Source: Actinomycetota bacterium (GTDB taxonomy: Bacteria; Actinomycetota; Actinomycetes; Actinomycetales; Microbacteriaceae). Taken from it: 64,000 nt of DNA. The notes beneath the pieces are model-generated. The model made no database searches. It had not been told where the DNA came from and saw only the letters and a list, made by a program, of their open reading frames with translations. Every line of letters begins with the position of its first letter. Position 1 is the stretch's first letter. The position numbers were made by a program, and so were the translations under genes. Below, piece by piece: positions 9,292 to 17,918 of the stretch. Location of the stretch: positions 8,184-72,183 of the forward strand of contig WLIA01000002.1 of assembly GCA_009702455.1 (NCBI GenBank), read 5' to 3'.

Positions 9292-10198
9292 CGTTCTCAG
9301 CCAACCACTCTTCGATCGATTTGGCGATTTCCTCTGGAATCTCGTAGTGGGTTAGGTGACCTACCCGCTTGAACTCCACCAACTTCGAGTTGCTCTGCCC
9401 GATTGAACTGAATAGGGCGCGCTGTTGTTTAACCGTGGTTATGTCGTCAAGTTCGCCGATGAGCATGAGCACCGGCAACTTGAAGTCAGCCGAAAAATCG
9501 CCCACGCAATTCGAGATTGAAGCTGAATAACCGTCGAGTGCAACGGCCCGCGAAGCAAAATCACTGAAATTGCTGTCGTGCTGGGCATGAATCCACTTGC
9601 GCAACTGGCGGTCTCTCGACTTGGTCATCACGACGCTCATGCCGCGAACCACTGGTTTGCCCTTCAGCATTTTTAAGCCGAGAGACTCTGGCAGTGCGCC
9701 AGCCAACCAAAAGAAAGACTTCGTGGCTGCTGTAGCCAGCGCTCTTGGGCCGCTAAGCGCTGGTGCCGATACCGGATTCTCGAGAATCAGAGACTTGATG
9801 CCAGAGAATCTTGAGGCAAAGGCCGAGACAATGATGCTGCCGAAAGAGTGCCCAAGCAAGTGCGGTTCTCGCTTGAGATTCAGGCCAAATATGAAACCGC
9901 TTAGCCATACGGCGTAGTCGGCAATTGCGTGACCCGTTTTCGACGGCGAGCTCTCGCCGAAGCCGGGAAGATCAGGGATGTAGATGTCGACGTTCGGCAG
10001 TGCAGCGGCAATTGCCTCGAGGCCGTGATGGTTACCGCGGTATCCGTGAATCATGATGAGTGCACGTTTCGAAGCAGCCCCGAACTCTGCCGGGTAAAAC
10101 CAGTAGGCGGTTTTCGCTTCGCCGACCATTAATTCGCGCCGCTCTGCCCTCGACCGCGCTTGGTCGGCAAGTTTCTCTTGATTCAAAAGTTCTGCCAT
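9284..10198 (-). CDS. Alpha/beta hydrolase
   Basis: MIHGY, PDLPGFGES, GHSFG nucleophile elbow, GELDDI, VGHL. Confidence 0.9.
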   Translation of the reverse strand: MAELLNQEKLADQARSRAERRELMVGEAKTAYWFYPAEFGAASKRALIMIHGYRGNHHGLEAIAAALPNVDIYIPDLPGFGESSPSKTGHAIADYAVWLSGFIFGLNLKREPHLLGHSFGSIIVSAFASRFSGIKSLILENPVSAPALSGPRALATAATKSFFWLAGALPESLGLKMLKGKPVVRGMSVVMTKSRDRQLRKWIHAQHDSNFSDFASRAVALDGYSASISNCVGDFSADFKLPVLMLIGELDDITTVKQQRALFSSIGQSNSKLVEFKRVGHLTHYEIPEEIAKSIEEWLAENDD

Positions 10199-13100
10199 TA
10201 GACCGAGAAATACTTTGCTTCTGGATGGTGCAGAATCATCGCGTCTGTCGATTGTTCTGGGTGCAGCTGAAGTTCTTCAGAGAGTTCGACTCCGATGCGT
10301 TCAGGTTTCAACAGCTCGATTAGTTTGATGCGGTCTTCGAGATTCGGGCAAGCCGGGTAGCCGAAGCTGTAACGCGCTCCGCGGTAATCGAGCTTGAACA
10401 GTCCTTCAACTTCACTCGGATCTTCTTCCGAAAAGCCGAGTTCGTCTCGAACTCGTGAGTGCCAAAACTCGGCAAGGGCTTCTGTTAGTTGCACAGATAG
10501 TCCGTGCAATTCGAGATAGTCGCGGTATTGGTTGGCTCGATAGAGGCGGTTAGCTTCTTCGGCGATTCTCGAACCCATGGTTACCAACTGAAATGGAATC
10601 ACGTCGATCTGCTGCTGCTCGCGGTTCTTCACAAAATCGCTTAGGCAAAGGTGACGGTCTCTCGCCTGTCGCGGAAAGCTGAAACGCAATCTTTCTGTGA
10701 GCGCAGCGCCGCCCGAGCCGCCGTCGGTTGCGCCATCTGCTGAGTGATGCAATATGACCGTGTCGTTGCCCTCGCTGTATGCCGGAAAATAACCGTAAAC
10801 GACGCTAGCTTCGAGCAGATTGTCGGTTTGCAGGCGATCTAGCCAGTAGCGAAGCCTGGGTCGCCCTTCGGTTTCAACCAATTCTTCGTAGCTAGCGCCA
10901 TCGACCTGCCTGCCTGGCTTTAGCCCCCACTGCCCCATGAATGTGGCACGTTCGTCTAGAAATGACGAATAGTCGCGCAGCGCTATTCCCTTGACGATAC
11001 GGGTTCCCCAGAACGGTGGCGTCGGCACCCGATTATCGCTGGCAACATCGCTGCGCGATGGCATCTGCTCTGGTTCGGTGCGAACCAATAGGTTCTGCGG
11101 GTTAACGAGCCGCTTCTTGAGTTCTGGCAGTGTTGCCGTTGTGTCGCCGCGCTTGATGCGCACGAGCGTATCCATGAGCTTTAGGCCCTCGAAAGCGTCG
11201 CGCGCGTAGCGAACCTCGCCGTCGAAAACCTCGGCCAGGTCTTGTTCAACGAATGATCTGGTGAGTGCGGCGCCTCCGAGAATCACCGGCCAGCGATCAG
11301 AAACGCCGCGCTGATTCATCTCTTCGAGATTCTCTTTCATGATCTGGGTTGATTTCACCAGAAGCCCGCTCATGCCGATCACATCGACGTCGTGCTCTTC
11401 GGCTGCTCGCAGAATCTCATTTATCGGCTGCTTGATGCCGATGTTCACGGTTTCGAAACCGTTATTACTCAAGATAATGTCGACAAGGTTCTTGCCGATA
11501 TCGTGAACGTCTCCCCTGACTGTTGCGAGAAGAATGCGACCCTTGCCGCTGTCGTCTGTTTTCTCAATGTGCGGCTCGAGGTGCGCAACCGCAGACTTCA
11601 TTACCTCTGCCGATTGCAACACGAAAGGCAATTGCATTTCGCCGCGACCAAAGAGTTCGCCAACTTCTTGCATGCCCTTGAGCAGGTTGTCATTGATGAT
11701 TTCGAGCGCGCTTGTGCCCGAAGCAAGAGCTTCATCTAGATCTAAATCGAGACCCTTCTTTTCTCCATCGATGATTCTGCGCTCTAGGCGTTCCTTCAGC
11801 GGTAGTGCGGCAAGTTCGGCGGCTCTGCTCTGTTTCGCCGTTGCGGTGTCTACTCCCGAGAAAACGTCGAGGTAGTTGGTGAGCGGGTCGTAACTAACGT
11901 TGCCTTCTGCGTCATAGACGCGCTTGTCATTGATGAGTTCAAGTGCCGCATCGAGTTGCTCTTTTGGAATCTGATTCAGCGGCATAATTCGCGCAGCGTG
12001 AACGATTGCTGAGGTGAGCCCAACCTGAATGCACTCGTGCAGAAACACCGAGTTGAGAACATGTCTTGCTGCCGGCGAGAGCCCGAATGAAATGTTTGAT
12101 ATTCCTAGGGTGGTTTGAACCCCTGGGAAATTCTGGTTCAAGAGCTTGATGGCTTCGATGGTTTCGATGCCATCGCGTCTGGTCTCGTCTTGTCCGGTTG
12201 CAATCGGAAAAGTTAGTGTGTCAACGGTGATGTCGACCAGTCGCATTCCCCAGGTCTCGGTGAGGTCTTTAATGAGTCTGGCTGCGATCGCAAACTTGGT
12301 TTGGGCGGTTCGTGCCTGGCCCTCTTCGTCAATGGTTAGGGCAACCACGGCAGCTCCGTGCTCGCGAACCAGCGGCATAATTCTGGCAAAACGTGAGTTT
12401 GGGCCATCGCCATCCTCGTAGTTAACCGAGTTAACCATCGCGCGACCACCCAGGCACTCCAGCCCAGCCTCAATAACCGCAGGTTCGGTTGAGTCGAGCA
12501 CCAGCGGAAGCGTCGTTGCGGTGGCCAGGCGGCTTACCAGTTCGCGAGCGTCGCGAACGCCGTCTCTGCCCACGTAGTCAACGCAAACATCTAGCAGGTG
12601 CGCACCTTCGCGAGTCTGCGACTTCGCAATCTCGAGGCACTCATCCCAGTTCTCAGCAAGCATTGCCTCTTTGAATGCCTTCGAACCGTTGGCATTGGTG
12701 CGCTCACCGATCGATAGGTAGGTCATGGTCTGATCAAAAGGTTGGTGTTGGTAGAGCGATGCCAAACCTGGTTCGTCTGTCACAGCCGGATGCGTCAAGT
12801 TCTGCCCGCGCACTGTTGCCGCGAGCTCTGCGATATGCGCCGGCGTGGTGCCGCAGCAGCCACCGACTAGTCCGAGTCCATAATCGCGGATGAACTGTGA
12901 GTGTGCGGTGGCTAGCTCGCCCTCTGTCAGCGGATAGTGTGCGCCGTTTGGACCAAGAACCGGAAGACCGGCGTTAGGCATGCAGACAATCGGCAAGGTT
13001 GAGAACTTCGAGAGATAGCGAAGGTGCTCGCTCATCTCGGTTGGACCCGTGGCACAGTTCAAGCCAATTCCGTCAACTCCGAGCGCGCTGATCGAAGTTA

Positions 13101-13734
13101 GTGCTGCTCCGATTTCGCTACCGAGCAGCATTGTGCCGTTGGTTTCAATGGTCACTGAAACCAGAATCGCTACCTCGCGACCCGACTCTTTCATTGCTCG
13201 CTTGGCGCCGATGATTGCGCTTTTGGCTTGAAGCAAATCTTGCACTGTCTCAATCAGAATGGCATCGACTCCGCCGTCGATTAGTCCGCGAGTTGCATCC
13301 TGGTAGGCGTCGCGCAGCACGGCAAATTTCTCGTGACCTAGCGAAGGCAACTTGGTGCCGGGGCCTAACGAGCCAAGAACCCAGCGTGGCTGTTGCTCGG
13401 TGCTGAAACTATCTGCAACACCTCTTGCCACTTCTGCCCCGGCTCGAGCCAACTCGTAAACCCGCTCGGTAATTGAATACTCGGCCAGGTTGGCAAAGTT
13501 AGCTCCAAATGTGTTGGTCTCGATGGCGTCAGAGCCGGCCTCTAGATATTTGGCGTGAATCGAAGCAATCAGTTCTGGTCGCGTCACATTAAGAATCTCA
13601 TTGCAACCCTCGTGCCCCTGAAAGTCATCGAGAGTCGGAGATGCTTCTTGGATCATGGTTCCCATGGCGCCATCGGCTATCACGACACGACTTGTTATCG
13701 CATCGAGAAAAGTTTGGGAGTTTGACGTCAACAT
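10198..13734 (-). CDS. metH: Cobalamin-dependent methionine synthase
   Basis: DGAMGT, GLNC and GGCC Zn ligands, IGERTNANGS pterin domain, DVHDIGKN B12 motif, RYSFGYPACP reactivation domain; ATG 13734 (ORF track opens at 13743). Confidence 0.97.
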   Translation of the reverse strand: MLTSNSQTFLDAITSRVVIADGAMGTMIQEASPTLDDFQGHEGCNEILNVTRPELIASIHAKYLEAGSDAIETNTFGANFANLAEYSITERVYELARAGAEVARGVADSFSTEQQPRWVLGSLGPGTKLPSLGHEKFAVLRDAYQDATRGLIDGGVDAILIETVQDLLQAKSAIIGAKRAMKESGREVAILVSVTIETNGTMLLGSEIGAALTSISALGVDGIGLNCATGPTEMSEHLRYLSKFSTLPIVCMPNAGLPVLGPNGAHYPLTEGELATAHSQFIRDYGLGLVGGCCGTTPAHIAELAATVRGQNLTHPAVTDEPGLASLYQHQPFDQTMTYLSIGERTNANGSKAFKEAMLAENWDECLEIAKSQTREGAHLLDVCVDYVGRDGVRDARELVSRLATATTLPLVLDSTEPAVIEAGLECLGGRAMVNSVNYEDGDGPNSRFARIMPLVREHGAAVVALTIDEEGQARTAQTKFAIAARLIKDLTETWGMRLVDITVDTLTFPIATGQDETRRDGIETIEAIKLLNQNFPGVQTTLGISNISFGLSPAARHVLNSVFLHECIQVGLTSAIVHAARIMPLNQIPKEQLDAALELINDKRVYDAEGNVSYDPLTNYLDVFSGVDTATAKQSRAAELAALPLKERLERRIIDGEKKGLDLDLDEALASGTSALEIINDNLLKGMQEVGELFGRGEMQLPFVLQSAEVMKSAVAHLEPHIEKTDDSGKGRILLATVRGDVHDIGKNLVDIILSNNGFETVNIGIKQPINEILRAAEEHDVDVIGMSGLLVKSTQIMKENLEEMNQRGVSDRWPVILGGAALTRSFVEQDLAEVFDGEVRYARDAFEGLKLMDTLVRIKRGDTTATLPELKKRLVNPQNLLVRTEPEQMPSRSDVASDNRVPTPPFWGTRIVKGIALRDYSSFLDERATFMGQWGLKPGRQVDGASYEELVETEGRPRLRYWLDRLQTDNLLEASVVYGYFPAYSEGNDTVILHHSADGATDGGSGGAALTERLRFSFPRQARDRHLCLSDFVKNREQQQIDVIPFQLVTMGSRIAEEANRLYRANQYRDYLELHGLSVQLTEALAEFWHSRVRDELGFSEEDPSEVEGLFKLDYRGARYSFGYPACPNLEDRIKLIELLKPERIGVELSEELQLHPEQSTDAMILHHPEAKYFSV

Positions 13735-13778
13735 TGGTAACAATTCTACCTTCGGCCCTTAACGCTTAAACTAGAGCA

Positions 13779-14693
13779 ATGTCTGATTACCGCTTGTTGC
13801 GCCAGGCCAACCAGGCTGATGGCACTGCTGCGAGCGTGATTGAGGCCCTGCAAACTCGGGCCTCGCTGAACCAGCAAACGCTTTCGTTTGAGTTCTTTCC
13901 GCCGAAAGACGATGAAGCGGCGGCCGCCCTCTGGAAGCACTACGAGACCCTGATTGAGGCTGAGCCCGATTTCGTTTCGGTGACCTATGGCGCAGGCGGA
14001 TCGAGCAGAGAAACGTCATTGGCCGTTGTCGATCGAATGGCCAAGGATGTGCTGACGGTTGGGCACCTAACCTGCGTTGGTGCGACGGCAGAGAGTTCTC
14101 GCGAAACCATAAAGCACTTCGAGCAAGCCGGGGTCAGTTCGATTCTCGCTTTGCGCGGCGATCCCCCGCTAAACGACCCGCAGGTTCTTGCGGTTGGCGA
14201 AATGAAGACAGCGCTTGATCTGGTTCAGCTCGCCAAGTCTGTTAGTTCGCTCGAGATTGGTGTTGCGGCGTTTCCAGAGGTTCACCCGGAGTCGCCATCG
14301 ATGCAACACGATGCCGAGGTATTGCGCCTGAAGCAAGATGCTGGCGCGACTTTCGCCATGACGCAGCTGTTCTTTTCTGTCGAGGCTTATTTGCGTTTGG
14401 TTAGTGCTGCTGAAAGCGCAGGCAGTGTCATGCCGATAGTTCCCGGATTGATGCCAATTTCTAATGCGGCCAAAGTTTTGCGCATGGCGCAGATGAGCGG
14501 TGCCGACGTGCCGCGTGAATTGCTTGAAAAACTCGAGAACGCTTCAGAGAGTGACGCCAGGGTTATCGGCATGGATTACAGCGTGAGGCTCGCCAACGAT
14601 CTGCTGCAGGCCGGTGCACCGGGGCTGCATATTTTCACTCTCAACTATTCGAAGGCTGCGCTCGAGGTGGCTCGAGGCTGCGGCCTCGCCTAA
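13779..14693 (+). CDS. metF: Methylenetetrahydrofolate reductase
   Basis: SFEFFPPK, FVSVTYGAGG, HLTC, ALRGDPP, TQLFF and GLHIFTLN motifs. Confidence 0.96.
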   Translation: MSDYRLLRQANQADGTAASVIEALQTRASLNQQTLSFEFFPPKDDEAAAALWKHYETLIEAEPDFVSVTYGAGGSSRETSLAVVDRMAKDVLTVGHLTCVGATAESSRETIKHFEQAGVSSILALRGDPPLNDPQVLAVGEMKTALDLVQLAKSVSSLEIGVAAFPEVHPESPSMQHDAEVLRLKQDAGATFAMTQLFFSVEAYLRLVSAAESAGSVMPIVPGLMPISNAAKVLRMAQMSGADVPRELLEKLENASESDARVIGMDYSVRLANDLLQAGAPGLHIFTLNYSKAALEVARGCGLA

Positions 14694-14717
14694 CACGCAA
14701 AGACGGCAGCGGTTCAA

Positions 14718-14739
14718 TGTCGGAGTCTGGGTCTAGCCT
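14718..14739 (+). promoter_or_regulatory. PafBC-type (RecA-NDp) promoter TGTCGG-N10-TAGCCT
   Basis: Exact match to the mycobacterial PafBC consensus TGTCGG-N10-TAnnnT, 6 nt before the GTG of the DnaQ-like gene. Confidence 0.75.
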
Positions 14740-14745
14740 GTTCAG

Positions 14746-15453
14746 GTGAATGAAAACCAATTGCCCCAGTGGGCACAACGAATCGCCGTGTTTGACACAG
14801 AGACCACGGGTCTCGACCTAAAGACCTCAAGAATCGTAACCGCAAGCGTGGTTGAACTTGATGCCGATGGCAATATTGTTGTCGACAGAGCCGAATGGCT
14901 GGCGAATCCAGAGATTGAGATTCCTAAGGTTGCCAGCGATGTTCACGGCATCACCACCGAAATGGCTGTTGCCGAAGGTCGCAACTATAAAGAGGTAATC
15001 TCAGAAATTCTCGAGGCACTTCGCGATTGCTTCAGTCGAGGCATTCCAGTTGTCGCCTACAACGCGCCCTATGACTTCACGATTTTGATGAACCAAGCTA
15101 TCGCTCTCGGTCTCGAGCCAATCGTCGAACCCATGCCGGTAATCGACCCGCTAGTCGTCGATAAAACCTATGATCGCTATCGCTCTGGCAAGCGAAAACT
15201 AGAGATAGTTGCCAAGCACTATTCGGTTGCACTTGACGATGCCCACAACTCAAAGGCCGACGCAGTGGCTGCCGGGCGGGTCTGCCTCGCAATCTTGAAG
15301 GCGAATGTTGAAAAGTTGCCAGCAACAGCGCAAGAATTGCACGCCTCGCAGATCGAATGGGCCAAGGTGATCGACGAAGGCTTCACCAAGTGGATGCGCG
15401 AAAATGTCGATAAAGACTTTGTCGCGGCTCCTGGTTGGCCAATCAAGAACTAG
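14746..15453 (+). CDS. DnaQ-like DEDDh 3'-5' exonuclease
   Basis: FDTETTG (ExoI), VAYNAPYD (ExoII), AHNSKADA (ExoIII), VHGIT. Confidence 0.92.
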   Translation: MNENQLPQWAQRIAVFDTETTGLDLKTSRIVTASVVELDADGNIVVDRAEWLANPEIEIPKVASDVHGITTEMAVAEGRNYKEVISEILEALRDCFSRGIPVVAYNAPYDFTILMNQAIALGLEPIVEPMPVIDPLVVDKTYDRYRSGKRKLEIVAKHYSVALDDAHNSKADAVAAGRVCLAILKANVEKLPATAQELHASQIEWAKVIDEGFTKWMRENVDKDFVAAPGWPIKN

Positions 15454-15458
15454 AACTT

Positions 15459-15497
15459 AAAAAAGAAAACCCCGTCAATGACGGGGTTTTCTTGTTT
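15459..15497. terminator. Bidirectional intrinsic terminator between the dnaQ-like gene and rpmE2
   Basis: AAGAAAACCCCGTCA-A-TGACGGGGTTTTCTT perfect inverted repeat with A/T tails on both sides. Confidence 0.9.
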
Positions 15498-15500
15498 GGT

Positions 15501-15749
15501 CTATGAAAAGTTCTTGTAACGTGCGTTGAAGCGCTCGACACGACCGGCGGCATCCATGATGCGCTGCTTACCGGTGTAGAACGGGTGTGACTGAGAAGAG
15601 ATTTCAACGTCGAAGACCGGGTAGCTGTTGCCGTCTTCCCACTCAATGGTCTTGTTGCTGGTGACGGTTGAACGAGTTAGGAACGCTACACCTGAAGCCA
15701 AGTCGCGAAAAACGATTGCTTCGTACTTTGGGTGAATGTCGGCCTTCAT
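15501..15749 (-). CDS. rpmE2: 50S ribosomal protein L31 type B (no CxxC)
   Basis: MKADIHPKY...[15 protein letters not shown]...[10 protein letters not shown]; ATG 15749 after GAGGAA. Confidence 0.96.
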   Translation of the reverse strand: MKADIHPKYEAIVFRDLASGVAFLTRSTVTSNKTIEWEDGNSYPVFDVEISSQSHPFYTGKQRIMDAAGRVERFNARYKNFS

Positions 15750-15818
15750 TGAAAACTTCCTCGAGTATTTAAGATTTAGTGAAGATTGCTGGATGCGGTG
15801 CTCTGGCACCAAGGGTCA

Positions 15819-15848
15819 AGCATACCAAAGGGTATTTGGCTTTGCCAA
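15819..15848 (-). promoter_or_regulatory. SigA-like promoter of rpmE2
   Basis: TTGGCA-18 nt-TATGCT with an extended TG on the minus strand. Confidence 0.65.
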
Positions 15849-15885
15849 TTGTTTTGAGGCAAATTGTGGTCTCAAAACCTCACGG

Positions 15886-16671
15886 TTAGCCCCTGAATTT
15901 AGCCCGGTAGCGCCCGTCTACGAGTTCGACCGAGATTGAAACCCCAAAGGCACCGCTCAGTTTGTCGCTTGTTAGCGTCTGTTCGATGGGTCCGGCAGCG
16001 TGCACCTGTCCGCCGCTGACAATCAAGGCGTGGGTGAATCCCTCGGGAATCTCTTCGAGGTGGTGAGTGACCATGACAATCGCCGGTGCGGCCGGTTCAG
16101 AGGCATACGCGCCAATCAGCGAGATGGTTTGCTCCCTGGCGGCCAGGTCGAGGCTGGCAACGGGTTCGTCGAGAAGCAGCAATTCGGGGTCTGGCATTAC
16201 CGACCTGGCTATCTGGGCGCGTTTGCGTTCGCCGTCGCTCAGGGTGCCAAAAGCTCGATCGGCTAGCTCGCTGAGATGCCATTCGTTGAGAACCCGCATG
16301 GCTCGGCGAACGTCGATCTCGTCATACTCCTCGTTCCAGCGGCCGGTCACGGCATAGATTGCCGTCATTACCGAGTTGAGAACGGTCTCTGAGTTTGGAA
16401 TGTGGCTCGAAAGCGCGTTTGAGGCGAAACCGATTCTGGTGCGAAGTTCGAAAACGTTAACCTTGCCGAGGGTTTGACCGAGAACGATTGCAGTTCCGGT
16501 GCTTGGCTGAATCTGCGATGCGGCTACACGCAACAACGTGGTTTTTCCGGCTCCGTTAGGCCCGATGATCACCCAGCGCTGATCTGATTCAACTTGCCAG
16601 TCGACGTTGCTGAGCACTGGCTTCTTGTCGCGAAGAACAGTGACGTTGTTGAAATCTAATACCCGAGACAT
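15886..16671 (-). CDS. ABC ATP-binding protein (ModF-like, no adjacent permease)
   Basis: GPNGAGKTT, LSDGE, LLLLDEP, VTHH. Confidence 0.9.
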   Translation of the reverse strand: MSRVLDFNNVTVLRDKKPVLSNVDWQVESDQRWVIIGPNGAGKTTLLRVAASQIQPSTGTAIVLGQTLGKVNVFELRTRIGFASNALSSHIPNSETVLNSVMTAIYAVTGRWNEEYDEIDVRRAMRVLNEWHLSELADRAFGTLSDGERKRAQIARSVMPDPELLLLDEPVASLDLAAREQTISLIGAYASEPAAPAIVMVTHHLEEIPEGFTHALIVSGGQVHAAGPIEQTLTSDKLSGAFGVSISVELVDGRYRAKFRG

Positions 16672-16680
16672 GCAGTTAGC

Positions 16681-17871
16681 CTATTTGAAATTATCTATCG
16701 CTCGGCGATACACGCTCAAGGTCTGATCGGCGATGCTTGACCAGCTGAAGTGCTGTTCTACTCGCGTGCGCCCGGCTTCACCAAATTCACGCAGTTGTTT
16801 GCTGTCGAGCATCTGGTTGAGTGCAGCGGCAAAGTCTGAAACAAAACGCGCTTCATCGATTGGAGTTCCACTTCCATCTTTCAGCTGTTCGATTGGCACC
16901 AGAAGTCCGGTTTGATTGTGCGCAACAACCTCGGGAATTCCACCGGTCGCAGTTGCGACGACAGGAATGGAACAAGCCATGGCTTCGAGGTTAACAATGC
17001 CAAGCGGTTCGTAAATGCTCGGACAAGCGAACACCGTCGCCGAAGAAAGCAGAGCAATCAGCTCGGGGCGACTGAGATGCTTCTGAATCCAGATGACGTT
17101 ACTTCTTATCTTGCGAAGCTCTTCTACCAGTTCGGTGACCTCTTGCAGAATCTGAGGGGTGTCTGGAGCTCCGGCCGCGAGAACGAGCTGAACATCAGCG
17201 GGCAGGTCTCGGGCTGCCTTCAGCAGATATGGCAGGCCCTTCTGCTTGGTAATTCGACCCACGAACAAAACGCTGCGCTTATCTGGGTCTACTCCGTTTG
17301 CGCGAACCGAATCCAAGTCTTTCGCTGCCTGAAATGCTTCTAGGTCGATTCCGTTATGCACCACGGTTACCTTGCCCGGGTCGATTTGCGGGTAGGCACG
17401 AAGAATGTCGTCACGCATGCCTGCGCTAACCGCGATTATGCCCGTGGCATCCTCGTAAGCCGACTTCTCGATGTAAGACGAAAGCAGATAGCCTCCCCCG
17501 AGTTGCTGCTCTTTCCAGGGGCGAAGTGGCTCAAGGCTGTGAGCGGTAATCAGGTGCGGAACACCGTGTAGCTTCGAGGCAACCTGACCCGCGAAATTGG
17601 CATACCAGGTGTGTGAGTGAACCAGGTCGGTCGAGGCCATATCGCTAACCATGGCCAAATCGGTAGCCATTGTCTGCAGCGCTGGGTTAGCTGAATCAAA
17701 ATCAACGGGATGGGTGTAGGCAAAGGTATCGCTTTCATCGCGAATCTCACCAAAGCAGCGCACCTTCACTTCGATGGTTTTTCTGAGTACTTTGACGAGT
17801 TCTGCTACGTGAACGCCTGCTCCACCGTAGATATGAGGTGGATACTCCTTTGTGATCAGGTCGATTCTCAT
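16681..17871 (-). CDS. glgA: Glycogen synthase / alpha-maltose-1-phosphate synthase (GlgM-type)
   Basis: KEYPPHIYGGAGVHV, HSHTWYAN, TAHSLEPLRPWKEQQLGGGY, YEPLGIVNLEAM; divergent from glgC. Confidence 0.93.
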   Translation of the reverse strand: MRIDLITKEYPPHIYGGAGVHVAELVKVLRKTIEVKVRCFGEIRDESDTFAYTHPVDFDSANPALQTMATDLAMVSDMASTDLVHSHTWYANFAGQVASKLHGVPHLITAHSLEPLRPWKEQQLGGGYLLSSYIEKSAYEDATGIIAVSAGMRDDILRAYPQIDPGKVTVVHNGIDLEAFQAAKDLDSVRANGVDPDKRSVLFVGRITKQKGLPYLLKAARDLPADVQLVLAAGAPDTPQILQEVTELVEELRKIRSNVIWIQKHLSRPELIALLSSATVFACPSIYEPLGIVNLEAMACSIPVVATATGGIPEVVAHNQTGLLVPIEQLKDGSGTPIDEARFVSDFAAALNQMLDSKQLREFGEAGRTRVEQHFSWSSIADQTLSVYRRAIDNFK

Positions 17872-17918
17872 AGCGCAATGCTAGCGGTGTGTTCGCTTTG
17901 GGGAATAACATTTGGACT

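Noticed and set aside
10700-10750. Gly-rich insert in the MetH reactivation domain
   Set aside because: Short, probably a surface loop; catalytic motifs are intact and there are no intein features.
6669-15453. Possible genomic island integrated at tRNA-Leu(GAG) (also considered for tRNA-Leu(CAA))
   Set aside because: No integrase, no duplicated tRNA 3' end seen, no visible composition shift; the neighbours are housekeeping genes.
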